Of a stretch of DNA of 64,000 nt, positions 21,301-30,700 are shown piece after piece. A program made the position numbers and the translations under genes. Under the pieces are notes generated by a model. The model ran no database searches, was not told the DNA's origin, and saw only the letters and a program-made list of their open reading frames with translations. Source of the DNA: a virus (Duplodnaviria > Caudoviricetes); the IMG/VR virus record IMGVR_UViG_3300005711_000021, positions 32,001 through 96,000 of that record; one strand, written 5' to 3'. How positions within the stretch are numbered: the stretch's first letter is position 1; every line of letters starts with the position of its first letter.

Positions 21301-24300
21301 TAATATGAATGCAATTTCAGAAATCACTATTACGAAATCTAGAAAAATAGCTGCTGATACAGCTCAAATTACAATGAGTAATATGTTTAAAACATTCTCT
21401 ACAGATGATGCACAAAAAGATTATGATGCTTCAGAAATCAATAATGTACGTTATAATATGAGAACTGCATTTAACTCTATATTCTCTCCTAGAGTATATG
21501 CTATGAAAGAAGAAGCATTAAGACAATTAGATGAAACACCTAGAGCTGCTCAAATAAATCCAGGAGTACGTGTTCATATTAGAATGGGATATGGAGCAAA
21601 TGCTGCCGATCTTCCTGTATTATTTAATGGTTGTATTGCTGAAGTAGGAACAACTGATCTTGCAGATATTGTTGCTCAAGGTGACGGTGTGGAGCTATTA
21701 AATCCAATAACAGATATTGATGATGCATCTGATGTTGAAAATAAAGAAAAATTCTTTATTGAAAAATGGGTGGATAATTGGCTCACAAATGGTGCAACAC
21801 CAAAACAAATCATGACTGCATTATTAATTAGTAGAGGAACATGGTTTCAAGAATTACTTCGTACTTATTCAAATGGTCGTTTCTTTAATAGAAATCCATA
21901 TGGTATTGTTCACTTTGGAGATCAAGAGTTTAAAGATATATTCTCTGCAGGTGAAGTTGTACAAAACATTTATGAAGCGAATCCAAGAGCTACTTATGGA
22001 GAACATGAAAAATACTCAGGCTTAGAAGCTTATTATGATACATTTAATACACCTGTTATTTCTATGCATTTATTAGGTAAAACATTTTGGGATGTTATGC
22101 ATATATGTGCATCTGTTCAACCAGATTATATTACAAGTGTTGTGCCTTTTGGCATGAGAAGTTCTATTTTTTATGGTGCTCCAAGATACTATTATGCATA
22201 TGATTATGCAGAAGAGAAATTAGATAATGGTGGAAGAATCATAAAAGAAAAACGTAAGCCATTCCAACAATATCATTTATATAGTTCATTTACAGATATT
22301 ATCCATAATAACATAAGAGCTTCTGCAAAAGAGATTAAAACAAATGCTGTAGGACTTTATCAAGAATCTCATCTGTTTGGAGATAAAGTAAAACAGGTAG
22401 GTCCACTCTTTGTAGATTTTGATATTTATCCAGAATACCAAAAGTCAATGACTGTAGATACACAGTTATGGGCAAAAGGTATGCCAGTTCTAGGTAATAT
22501 GTTTGGATTTACGGCTGATTTATCAAAAGATGTTTCTAATAAAGGATTTAATAAAATTCCTGGTGCAAAAGAAATTGCATGGCGTATGACAGCTTCAGCT
22601 TTAAAAAATTCTGTTAAAGATATGTATACTGGAGAGCTTACTGTCATAGGAGATCCAACAGTTAAACCATATGATAGAATGGTTATATCTGATGCTTATG
22701 AAAGAATAGATGGTCAATGTGAAGTAGAAGCAGTTGTTCATACATTAAATACTACAACAGGATTTACAACAAGTATTTATGCCGATTGTATTTCTATTGT
22801 AGATGATCAATACGAACAATATGCTAATATCTTCCTTAATAAAGTAATGGGTTATGCTTCAGCTTCATTAGCAGCAAACTGTATTGGTTTTGTATTTAAT
22901 AAACATGGTAGACCTATCGTTACTTCTCTTATTAAGATGACAACTAATGGAGTTGGAAAAGGTATTAACATTGCAAAGAATATAGAATCATTTTTAGGAA
23001 AAGATGATTTAGCAATTGTTAATAAGATTATTTCAGCTAATGATAAATTATTATCTTTTACAGGTCATTCTGTAGAATCAACTTTTTTATCTGTATTCAA
23101 AAATAGTTTAAAAAAGACAACATCTAAGTTAACAGCTTACTCTGGTTTAAATGTTGTTAGTGTTATTCAAGCAGATGATTATTTAAAGAACCTAGCTGCT
23201 ACATTAAATGAAATAGAAGATGGAACGATAAAGAAACAAATTACTAAAATAATAGCAAGTGAAAAAGACGATTTAGCAATTGCTAAACAAGCTCTTAGTG
23301 AATATAATGAACTAGCAAAACTAAAGAAATCTAGTATATCTCATTTATTAAAAGCAGATGATGATTTAATAAGTGCAATTACAAAACTAGCAAGTCATAG
23401 TCAATTAGATGATGCATCTAAAGTTGTGTTTAATCAGATAAGGTCTAATCCAGATTTCTTATCAGATACTAAAAACATTAATAGCTTTAGAAAAGCATTA
23501 GTAGCTAGTGAGAAATTAGGAGATGATGCTTTAGACGTAGCAAAAGCTCTTAAAAAGATTATGAATAACTCCGATGATATTGCAAAAGCCGCTTTAAGTA
23601 TGTCAGATGATGTTCTAAAAAAAGGTGGATTAAAAACTTTATTTACATCAGGTTCTGAAACTTTACTTGGTGGAATTGCAGCAACTGGTATTTGGCCCGC
23701 ATTAATTCTAATGGTATTAGAAATGGCAATAACAGCTTTAATCGGAGGTTATGCAACAGAATTTGTTTATCGTTATTTACAAAATCTAGAGGTTCTAAAA
23801 ATTTATCCACTTAAGAGAAAAGGTCGAGTAATGGTAGCTGGTATTGATGGACATAAAGGAGTAGTTGTAGGATCACCTACAGAAAATCAACAAGGTGAAT
23901 GGACTCAATTTGTTTCTTCATTATTTGATGGAGACAAAGGAGGGTTCGTTAAATCATGTATTAATTTCTTTATTGATGATGTTAATATTAATACGGCTGC
24001 AAAACGATTAAGAACAGATAATTATTTACCTGAGAAACAAGGTAATGTTAATAGTGACATCACTCTTGAATCTGTAAAACAAGCCATTGCTAAAGATATA
24101 AATTCAATCTACTCTAACAATGGTAAGTATAGTGCTAGAGAAGTTATGAAACTTGATAGAATTATGAACTTAAAAGATGAAAATGAATTAAAGAAACATT
24201 TAATTGATCCTAACTTTAAATCTGGAACGATGCCAAGTAAAAATGTAATATCACTAAGAACGAATCCAATTCAAGAGGATGAAGAAATCAAGCCATATTT

Positions 24301-24772
24301 AGAATCTAACTTTGCAAGTATTTTTACGGCTTCTCAATCAGGTTCTATAGAACCACTAAGTATTAACTTTAATGGGAAAGATGTAGATATGCAATGTTAT
24401 ACTGATTCTGGTGCATGGATTATTCCATGTTTAAGATATGATGCAATGCTATTATTAAAAGATTGCTTACGTATTTTATTTGAAGATAGTAATGTTGCAA
24501 ATTATAACAACGAAGAAAAGATTACACCTCATGTCTTTATAACTTCTGCAACGATTATCGGAGGAAAGGCAAGTTGGGAGAATACAGGTTATGCATTTAG
24601 ACTTCAACTAGATGGTTCAAAATATACTAAAGAAGATGCTTATAATTTTACATTAAGAATGAAGGAGTATCATGCTTCTATTGATGTTACTAATTATATG
24701 GAATGTTATATTATTCAAAAGAAGAAAACAGAAATATTATTTATTGTTAAACCTGTTGAAACTTATGAATAA
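15314..24772 (+). CDS. Giant virion structural protein: N-terminal thermonuclease (SNase) domain plus baseplate hub-like (gp27/GpD-type) region and a C-terminal hydrophobic segment
   Basis: SNase motifs DDGDTVY (~15650), VRFLGIDAPE (~15785-15814), GQDNNKRMLGTIY (~16366). Hub-like segments ISEITITKSRKIAADTAQITMSN, VHIRMGYG...VLFNGCIAEV...AQGDG and GELTVIGDPTVKPYD...EVEAVVHTLNTTTGFTTSI. RBS AGGAGG. Directly upstream of spike/gp25/J genes. Confidence 0.7.
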   Translation: MSQSTNNASKILDELLITSEGYVLKDDDFSLPTDMDFSSESFSVDLYNKLNNGELDFPLYLETPFSTKPGYYEDERVFIATAVPYIKKAIKKHIPDNIRALNTAESHEQLNSDDGDTVYFMNETLFSGESAFILGDRAYENLDEFLNIQSNKNGKFGVRFLGIDAPEIPHYISTPMTSGDIHKFKFGKIKNKSNFVFSKFKISGESILDRNDNDTISFFYDSENDTYYEIIEEHFAPGYLDLSDEEKKKIESLNGTIGKIVYVDESKKTTVKKGLEAAETVRDMVGRAEEICLMLDQQSLNRQTNHYESPYNNDYYSYNFSHALTPWNTIKNYWNKFFSDARYKYMGFNAWGQDNNKRMLGTIYLKVVVPELGEEAVWINLSKYVLQKFPKDVEALPDYTSDPKQNLHNGFCSSAFKLWTYNFTDQVILDAFTTYTDDFVEERNKIFEELAGMSMNDIKEYTMILGDNVFIVPPTSIRCMTQTQAERVQLLRSRGSATKQAPISEKMIELKLYFNNEDGINGTPYDVTLPNGHKITYWMNGLRSLIAQFKLTPFLPIENNYINQVLNVYAVTLMDLQVSTMPGFPKCLQVTLTLQEFNYHIYMPELPLPELLKEEDLYINMFARCIHYPVMRWYYQRLLQKGEKVKNLAFNSKEYIAETFGSNTALVPMDFKDSAIEFYLPDKKLLDRRLQVFLARESKPLRSSYELTDDGKELIRQMAPIYNDLLINKINKDTIALGKKITEVCTVDYSGVKEYYPHTLFDIKTNSAVLENNDVGQFYKYKYQLVGSDNNMLFGSSFANYTSETENRFFKSDFGIERVQPPIGNFVRAIEYDNIPIDDYDGRAKTTGSPYVSKHISDYFNSFTGLSKFGGYEVKESIETYENGKEGRFIFDVYVAMPQILKSQVEREEFLKNVITQLKVDNNSDIFDYNSAGALCIKIRFAIPTLVYKVNLYSKEEHIVHVANGDISLDTYSNGFAFLGFCDQNVKTIYLEDGTKEYLDYTGNAMEDMSEDAIEANKYNYLESENSIDFKKYDFGEDINIQSISCSYSNSLARVRLNAMDGYAHQFCGGQDSVIEISITTKNESAASLLQNLPRIAASYVIDYKEILPCWPLRIKSEITKLFGINEVLVEAVDLSTVPNYPGLYSITLRMVSVDRSTRNRETLKKLEEINNAGTLANDAKGEYMQNTFFDLNRVLGKAEIYPDLELPLVDELEYAGYKLTKYYNPEQSTRKYLDPDFYFVYAHILTHELLKSAIQKGLDEQKVELGFELNDKFGSSYLVKENTDTESNLPMSAEPTNDVAKDIQQQAEAAYSTKYIDSVADTMNRRGWLALEEKYKLSSKLPQTLAGMKTPVWSITDKLVFPLREEQYKLIYNGNEEQDNIYHQQIKSHEDKMYSIIDNELNYPINMKAIGMEEYTKKNFPGDHLRDSESLLKWAEKRIGKFSKQYAYNRSFINELAHDNLNDPTAVKVNGLKDILLAFADSATGYAFCETTKVLAINLASTKDDKYSAVNWKLKMFNNYGGQVYNGNTVNWDVLEPYCKTRGKDREFAMNLDDAIENGTSFGIYQIQMYPKAAIIDLMSSEYEKQKVMQSKVEFVFLDPYYRSLQLDDPTSDELKAYKMKLLLDPAYCAYAYIRNLMVWYKYLLKEEIALSMYETIKNEAASKIKVSIGDINSYGYGSSGETINNFKEDKFEKATNQTYKEVFTQHAKVFAIAYAVLYDTKNNNHLATETALEEEGVPNELFSYVDKYKNKTEKDLKALEVDIRKDLKKEKENKEHSDEIKEAYINNYKLMLSALGYDVDNDTHTEVTYDNLLRYGVAIVGQYETQKEESRINNQTFKEIIEQLTSDKKDIIKGKLIGLSLLLLKNGGSVLSAMRRRETYELDSLMLSLPMPTINGENNDLRKYVLALDGRGVLKLEYVGSSTQSAESLVKFAASTRINIKKCNNIREYLKDSFLDMIKYDKRGRMLRAFPTYYMLFIDEGRDIGLWKLHDNFYNMNAISEITITKSRKIAADTAQITMSNMFKTFSTDDAQKDYDASEINNVRYNMRTAFNSIFSPRVYAMKEEALRQLDETPRAAQINPGVRVHIRMGYGANAADLPVLFNGCIAEVGTTDLADIVAQGDGVELLNPITDIDDASDVENKEKFFIEKWVDNWLTNGATPKQIMTALLISRGTWFQELLRTYSNGRFFNRNPYGIVHFGDQEFKDIFSAGEVVQNIYEANPRATYGEHEKYSGLEAYYDTFNTPVISMHLLGKTFWDVMHICASVQPDYITSVVPFGMRSSIFYGAPRYYYAYDYAEEKLDNGGRIIKEKRKPFQQYHLYSSFTDIIHNNIRASAKEIKTNAVGLYQESHLFGDKVKQVGPLFVDFDIYPEYQKSMTVDTQLWAKGMPVLGNMFGFTADLSKDVSNKGFNKIPGAKEIAWRMTASALKNSVKDMYTGELTVIGDPTVKPYDRMVISDAYERIDGQCEVEAVVHTLNTTTGFTTSIYADCISIVDDQYEQYANIFLNKVMGYASASLAANCIGFVFNKHGRPIVTSLIKMTTNGVGKGINIAKNIESFLGKDDLAIVNKIISANDKLLSFTGHSVESTFLSVFKNSLKKTTSKLTAYSGLNVVSVIQADDYLKNLAATLNEIEDGTIKKQITKIIASEKDDLAIAKQALSEYNELAKLKKSSISHLLKADDDLISAITKLASHSQLDDASKVVFNQIRSNPDFLSDTKNINSFRKALVASEKLGDDALDVAKALKKIMNNSDDIAKAALSMSDDVLKKGGLKTLFTSGSETLLGGIAATGIWPALILMVLEMAITALIGGYATEFVYRYLQNLEVLKIYPLKRKGRVMVAGIDGHKGVVVGSPTENQQGEWTQFVSSLFDGDKGGFVKSCINFFIDDVNINTAAKRLRTDNYLPEKQGNVNSDITLESVKQAIAKDINSIYSNNGKYSAREVMKLDRIMNLKDENELKKHLIDPNFKSGTMPSKNVISLRTNPIQEDEEIKPYLESNFASIFTASQSGSIEPLSINFNGKDVDMQCYTDSGAWIIPCLRYDAMLLLKDCLRILFEDSNVANYNNEEKITPHVFITSATIIGGKASWENTGYAFRLQLDGSKYTKEDAYNFTLRMKEYHASIDVTNYMECYIIQKKKTEILFIVKPVETYE

Positions 24773-24787
24773 AAAGGAGAGATATAT

Positions 24788-25156
24788 ATGAGTGAAATAA
24801 AAAAAAGAATACAAGAGATTAATAATCCTGCGGTGCATAACCGCAGGAGTTTTACTACAGTAGGAAAGGTTACAAAAATAAACGAAAAAACAAATACTTG
24901 TTCTATTCAATATATCAATAATGAAGGATATTATAGTAATAAAGACAATGTACATATACAAATATTAATGCCAGGTTTTATAGGATGGTTTCCAAAAGTA
25001 GATGATTTTGTTTGTATCAATATTATAGAAAGAAACATTGTTGTAACTGGTCCAGCAGATAATACTTATTCAATGAAGACACGTTCTAAAATCCAAACAA
25101 AAAAAGAAATTCTATCGAATGACTTTGGAAGTACTTTAGCTGGCAATATTTTTTAA
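24788..25156 (+). CDS. Putative baseplate spike N-terminal OB-fold protein (gp5/GpV-like)
   Basis: TVGKVTKINEKTNTCSIQY...GWFPKVDDFVCI matches the gp5/GpV OB-fold pattern. Lies immediately after the hub gene. Confidence 0.55.
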   Translation: MSEIKKRIQEINNPAVHNRRSFTTVGKVTKINEKTNTCSIQYINNEGYYSNKDNVHIQILMPGFIGWFPKVDDFVCINIIERNIVVTGPADNTYSMKTRSKIQTKKEILSNDFGSTLAGNIF

Positions 25157-25170
25157 AGGGGGAGTATAGT

Positions 25171-26403
25171 ATGGAACAAAATGAAGTTTATTTAAAAGTG
25201 AAAGATGAAAATGACCCATCCACAGCCATTGCTCGTTTTAAAGATAAAAGTTTAAATCCAGATCGAACATCTGATAGAGGTATCGTTAACGAAGAAAATG
25301 CATCTTCACTTATAATAAAAGAAAATGGGAATATTATTATTAGTAGCGATGAAACATCTAATATAAAAATCAATCAAGAAAAAATCATTGAAACAACAAA
25401 TGAATCTGTAACGATTTCTAATAGAAGATTTTTAAATACAGATGAAGTTATTATTAATAATCAAAAAATGAATCCTCAGTTACTTGAACTATCAGATACA
25501 AAAGTATTATTTGATAATCCAAATGACTCTATTGGAAACTTAATGATGGATGGAACAGTTCTTGTGAAAACATGGGAACCTTATTTAAAAAAATATGTTT
25601 TAATTAGACGTAAAATCAGAACACCATTATTCTCACATAAACTTAATAAACCAGAAGCACCAGAGTTTATGGATACAATAACAGACTATGTAACTGATTT
25701 AACAGCTAATACTGCAATGCTTATTAGAGATGAAAAGATTAAAAAAGAAAAAATCACAGCACAAGAAGAAGCTGCACAAGGTGGTTCTATTTATGACCAA
25801 GGTGATTACAATAATTATCTTACTGAATTTGTTCAATCCTCTAATAGTATTACAAATCAAGGAGGTATAGAAACTGTTTATAACAGTAATGGTTATACAA
25901 CTACAAATGATATTATTTCAACTAGTTCTGGGTCTACTCCTTTATTGTGGCCAGTACCAGAATATAACGGAGCTTATTCTTCTGACTATGGTTCAAGATG
26001 GGGTAAACATCATGAAGGTGTAGATATTCCTCCTAATCCATCTCTTCATAAGAAAACAAAGATTGCTGCTGCTGAAGCAGGTACGGTTATTGCTGCTCGT
26101 TCAGCTCCAGAGTATCCTTTATATGGTTCACCACCTTTTACTGGTTATGGTCAAGTTATAGAAATTGATCATGGTAATGGATTAAAAACACTTTATGCTC
26201 ATTTAGATAAAGTGCTAGTAAAAGAAGGACAAACTGTTGCTAGAGGACAACATATAGGATACATGGGTTGTACAGGAAGTGTTGTTTCAAGCACAGGAGA
26301 TGGTACTCATTTACACTTTACAGTATGGGGAACTTGGAATAGAAAAACAGTAGACCGTTATACAGGATTCGATCCAAAACAATTTATTAAACCTCAAAAT
26401 TAG
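25171..26403 (+). CDS. Baseplate/spike-associated protein with C-terminal M23 metallopeptidase (virion-associated peptidoglycan hydrolase)
   Basis: M23 motifs WPV...YGSRWGKHHEGVDI, GYGQVIEIDHGNGLKTLYAHL, VARGQHIGYMGCTG, HLHF. Confidence 0.85.
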   Translation: MEQNEVYLKVKDENDPSTAIARFKDKSLNPDRTSDRGIVNEENASSLIIKENGNIIISSDETSNIKINQEKIIETTNESVTISNRRFLNTDEVIINNQKMNPQLLELSDTKVLFDNPNDSIGNLMMDGTVLVKTWEPYLKKYVLIRRKIRTPLFSHKLNKPEAPEFMDTITDYVTDLTANTAMLIRDEKIKKEKITAQEEAAQGGSIYDQGDYNNYLTEFVQSSNSITNQGGIETVYNSNGYTTTNDIISTSSGSTPLLWPVPEYNGAYSSDYGSRWGKHHEGVDIPPNPSLHKKTKIAAAEAGTVIAARSAPEYPLYGSPPFTGYGQVIEIDHGNGLKTLYAHLDKVLVKEGQTVARGQHIGYMGCTGSVVSSTGDGTHLHFTVWGTWNRKTVDRYTGFDPKQFIKPQN

Positions 26404-26419
26404 TAAAGGGTGATTTATT

Positions 26420-26938
26420 ATGACAGATTTAATGTTAACTAAATCTGGGGACTTGATGTTTGTATCTGAAGTGCGTAAGCAGAATGTTGTAAAAATAGCA
26501 TTCTGCATTTCAGATGGAAACGCTTGTAAGCTAGATTTTATTATAGAAGATTGTTTACCTTTAGAATTGTCTCCTTCTCAAATTAAATTAAATTTTGATA
26601 TTGATGATAAGAAAAAAACTTATACTTCTAAGGTTATCACAAAAAAAGAATTCTCTAAACAAGCTTGTTTAATAAGATTAAAAACTCAATTAGGAGAATT
26701 AAAATATCATACAACAATAGGTTCAAGAATAGAAGAAGTAAAACATAAGTTTTTATTTAATGAAGCAGTTATTGCTAAAACAGCTACTTTAGCAAAAGAA
26801 GCTATTAAAGATATATATCCTAATGCAAAAGTAACTGCAGAACCATTTGCTAAACACTATAGCAATGGCTATAAGCAAATTATGTTGATAAAAGTTTATG
26901 ATGAAGATATTATTATATTAGAATATGAATTGGGGTGA
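26420..26938 (+). CDS. gp25/GpW-like baseplate wedge protein
   Basis: N-terminal TDLMLTKSGDL and QACLIRLKTQLGELKYHTTIGSRI fit the gp25 pattern. Precedes the J-like gene. Confidence 0.6.
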   Translation: MTDLMLTKSGDLMFVSEVRKQNVVKIAFCISDGNACKLDFIIEDCLPLELSPSQIKLNFDIDDKKKTYTSKVITKKEFSKQACLIRLKTQLGELKYHTTIGSRIEEVKHKFLFNEAVIAKTATLAKEAIKDIYPNAKVTAEPFAKHYSNGYKQIMLIKVYDEDIIILEYELG

Positions 26939-26946
26939 TATTAAAC

Positions 26947-27750
26947 ATGAAAACATTTTCGGAAATTTACAAAGACCTAAGACAACGTTTTAAAAAACGT
27001 TCAAATATTGATGTTACGGATGGGACGGTTATTGATTCTTATTTATTAGCTTCTGCAGAATCATTAGCAGCAGCACATGAAGAAATTGAAAACAGTAAGA
27101 ATCCTCATATCTATACTAATCTAACTGGGACCAATATAGATAAAATGGCTCTTCTTATTAACTGTCCTAGATATGCAAATGAAACAGATGAATCTTATCT
27201 TTATCGTTGTATGAAATGGACATTAATTAATGAGAGTTCAAATGTAACAGCTATAGAAACTGCATTATCTAATTTAAAAGAAAGTTCTAATGCTTCTTAT
27301 GTACCTTATACAGAAGGTACAGGAACAGCAACTGTTTTTATTATTCCAAATGATTACTCATCAGAGGAACAAAAAGAAAGAGCCGTTTTAGAAGTAAAAA
27401 ATAGATTATATAAAGTAGTTTCTCCAGATTCTTATATTAACTATAAAATCTGTAAAGCTCTACCAATTGAAATATATGTTCATGTGTCTTTTAGTAATGG
27501 CGTAGATACAAAATCTATTAAAAATAATTTACAAATAACAATTAAAGACTACATAAATAAAATAGCTATAGGTGATACATTATCTTACGGTGCAATTAAT
27601 AAAATCGGCACACAAGTTAAGGGTATTGAATTCTTTAATACAACACATATCTTAATAGATGGAGAATTACTTAGAGAACTAAATGCTGTTCAAACAATAG
27701 AAACAAAGTTCTTATTCTATAATATTAATTGGACAATGGTGGTGGAATAA
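26947..27750 (+). CDS. Baseplate J-like protein
   Basis: MKTFSEIY...DGTVID...GTNIDKMA...R...ETDESYLYR...GTGTATVFI...IKDYINKIAIGDTL, typical of Baseplate_J. ATG 26947 (track start 26935). Confidence 0.7.
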   Translation: MKTFSEIYKDLRQRFKKRSNIDVTDGTVIDSYLLASAESLAAAHEEIENSKNPHIYTNLTGTNIDKMALLINCPRYANETDESYLYRCMKWTLINESSNVTAIETALSNLKESSNASYVPYTEGTGTATVFIIPNDYSSEEQKERAVLEVKNRLYKVVSPDSYINYKICKALPIEIYVHVSFSNGVDTKSIKNNLQITIKDYINKIAIGDTLSYGAINKIGTQVKGIEFFNTTHILIDGELLRELNAVQTIETKFLFYNINWTMVVE

Positions 27751-30700
27751 TGTTAAATACAGAAAGTTTATTTAATAAAATGTTAGAGCATTTCCCAAAG
27801 TGGATGGATATTCGTAAAAGAGCAACGAAATCTATAGGGGGCCAATTACTTGAGTCAGTAGCGGAAGAAACCGCTACTCTCAAGGAAGCTCTAGAAGAAT
27901 TCAAAAAAGATTTCTTTATAGAAAGCTACTTCGGGAAAGAAAATGAAATTGTAGACTTCGTTTATAAAATACAAGTAGGAGACATTGATATTAGTGTCTT
28001 AAAAATAATTTCTCATAATCTTACTTACACTAATGACCTCAATGTTTTTTATAAACAAACGGGGGTTTTTTATTATGAGAATAGTTATTTATTCTTTAGA
28101 ATAGACGATATTGGAGAAGATAAAATAGAATATACTTTAAACGATTATTATTTTGTAGAAACACCTGAAAAGATGCATGTATGGAATATCTTTGATGAGT
28201 TTGCAACATTTGTTGGTATTGAAAGACATGAAGGTGAAACAAATAAAAAATTAGAGAATCGTATTCTTAATGTATTCAAAAATAAAATGAATAATACAAA
28301 AGATGGTCTTAAACATGCCATCCTTACTGAGATTATGGAATTAGATCCAACATTAACAATGGATGAAATTACTATAGAAGGTGTTACACCAGAAAATTTA
28401 CGAAAAAAATACGATGAGTTTTCTACTGTTTTAGATAAGCTTTCTAGTATTAATAAGGATTCCTATAAATATAAAAAATGGGACGTAGATCCATGGTTCT
28501 ATAGTATTCGCTCTATTGATTATATTCCTCATGCATGGGATGTTGCTCTTGAAGTATTTAAAGACGGTATTGGAAAAACAGATGATTTAAAAATATTATT
28601 AAGTACAACAGAAGATACAACAGATGCTTCTATTGTATTATACAAAAAGAGTACTAAAGATATTGATAACTATTTGAAAAAGAATAATGTTAATACAAAT
28701 ATTGAATTAAGTCTTACTCAATTTAATGAAGAATTAAATCCTATTTTATCTCGTTATAAAATTACAGCAAGTAAGGCTGTTGATATTACTAATAAAGATA
28801 TTAGTTTTCAATACTCAGATGTAGCACATAAACAAGGTGAATATGAAGTATCTAATCTTGTAGCAAAAGATGATGATGGTAACTACATTATGAGTGATGT
28901 TCAAGTTAATGATTATACCATTCTTCCAGCAAATAAAAAGTTTAAATTAAGATTTAAGCCATTAGAATCATTTAAAAAGTTAGCTATTAAACAATGTGAC
29001 TTTGTTAATGATGATAAAGTATCTAAGTCTTTATTAAAAGCTAATGATTCGTTTGATTTTTTGAATAACCAATTGACCTATAAATACTGTAAATCTTATG
29101 CTAGTACAATTAATGATTTCTTAGAAGTAACAAATTTAACAGATACAGTAAGAGGATTAACTGTACAAACATCTGAAAAAGAAGCTTCTGCAATATTAAA
29201 TATTGATGATATGGCAATGGAACATATTTATTTTTCATATGGATGTGATATGGCTGCTATTAATAATAACAATATCGTTTCAGAAAACTTTGATATTGTA
29301 GATAATAAGTATGTTAGTTATAGTGCTCCAGGCGAAACTAAGTTTAAATTAGATATAGAAGCAAACTCTATTAAATTTACAACGATAGGTCATTGCCAAA
29401 TTACTATTTATAAAGATGGTTCTGTATTATCAGGTCCATATACTGTAACAGATACACAAACATTTGCCTCTGATATGTCTAAAACAAGATCTCGTTATGT
29501 AGTAGAGATTTTATCATTAAACAGTTTAGAGAAAATAACAGTCAAAGATTTAATGTATACAAGCTTTGATATTATAGAAACATTAAAATATGGTCAGTTT
29601 GCAGAAGACTCTTTAGGTATCGTTCTTCCTAATGTTTCTAAGAATGAACTTTCTATTAAGATTCAATCTTATTTTCAAAATGCACCTTATATATCTAGTA
29701 TTTATATAGGAGCACCTTATGATTTAAATACAGTTTATGAAACAGAAGTGTTTAGTACTGGAAAAGATTCTCATATGTATATTTCAAAAGAGAATATGCA
29801 GGCAGATTTAATTCTGGTTGATGAACATGATACAGAAAATCTTGATAGTAGTTATACTGTATTAAACTATAGACCTTATTTAGAATTTAAAGGAACAAGT
29901 AATTCGGCTTATATTCAACTTAATCTTAAAAGCTTTATTAAAATAAATAAAATAACAACAGATATTGGTGTTGTAAAAACAAACTTTAAAAATGGAGAAT
30001 ATGTTTACCTGATAGAACTAAAAAGCAATAATATAATCTCAAAAGTATTTGTTGATGGTGTTGTTGCTAGTAATATCAAAACAAAAAGATTAATTGATTT
30101 ATTTAATATTAGACCATCTAATAATGATAAATTATATGTAACAAATATTTTTGACGGCTTCATTTCAGAGAAAAACAAATTCCAATCAAAGCATAAACTA
30201 TCAGATATTGAAGAAATTAAAAACGCTTTTAAATATGGTATGTTTAACTTTGTTAATGTGTCTAATGATTTCAATCAAGCCTACATAAGAGACTTAGATA
30301 ATAACTCAGTTATTGTTTCTACAACAGGATACAATGGTTCTATCAAAGATGCATGTTTAAAATTAAAAGATAAACAAACTTATGTTGCTTATAATGAACA
30401 TAAAATGATTCAACAAAAGAAAACAATGATTCAAATTGAAGATACTTTTAGTCCATTCATTCCTTCTGATGCTCTATACTATTATGAATTAACTAGTATG
30501 TCTTCTAATGTAAGTATTCAGTTTCATGATTTTAATGAAGTTCATTATGAAATAATTTATACAGGACTTAATTGGACAATAGGTAAAAAGTATATTGCTT
30601 TAGAAGCTCACTTTGACATAACAGATCCTAAAAACTTTTTAGCAGATGTTATTACTGTTAATAAGCAATATAAACTTCAAAAAACAATTAGTATTAATTA

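Noticed and set aside
6693-24772. Inteins or introns explaining the giant ORF sizes
   Set aside because: No C/S...HN-C/S/T splice junctions with LAGLIDADG motifs were recognised and the frames are uninterrupted.
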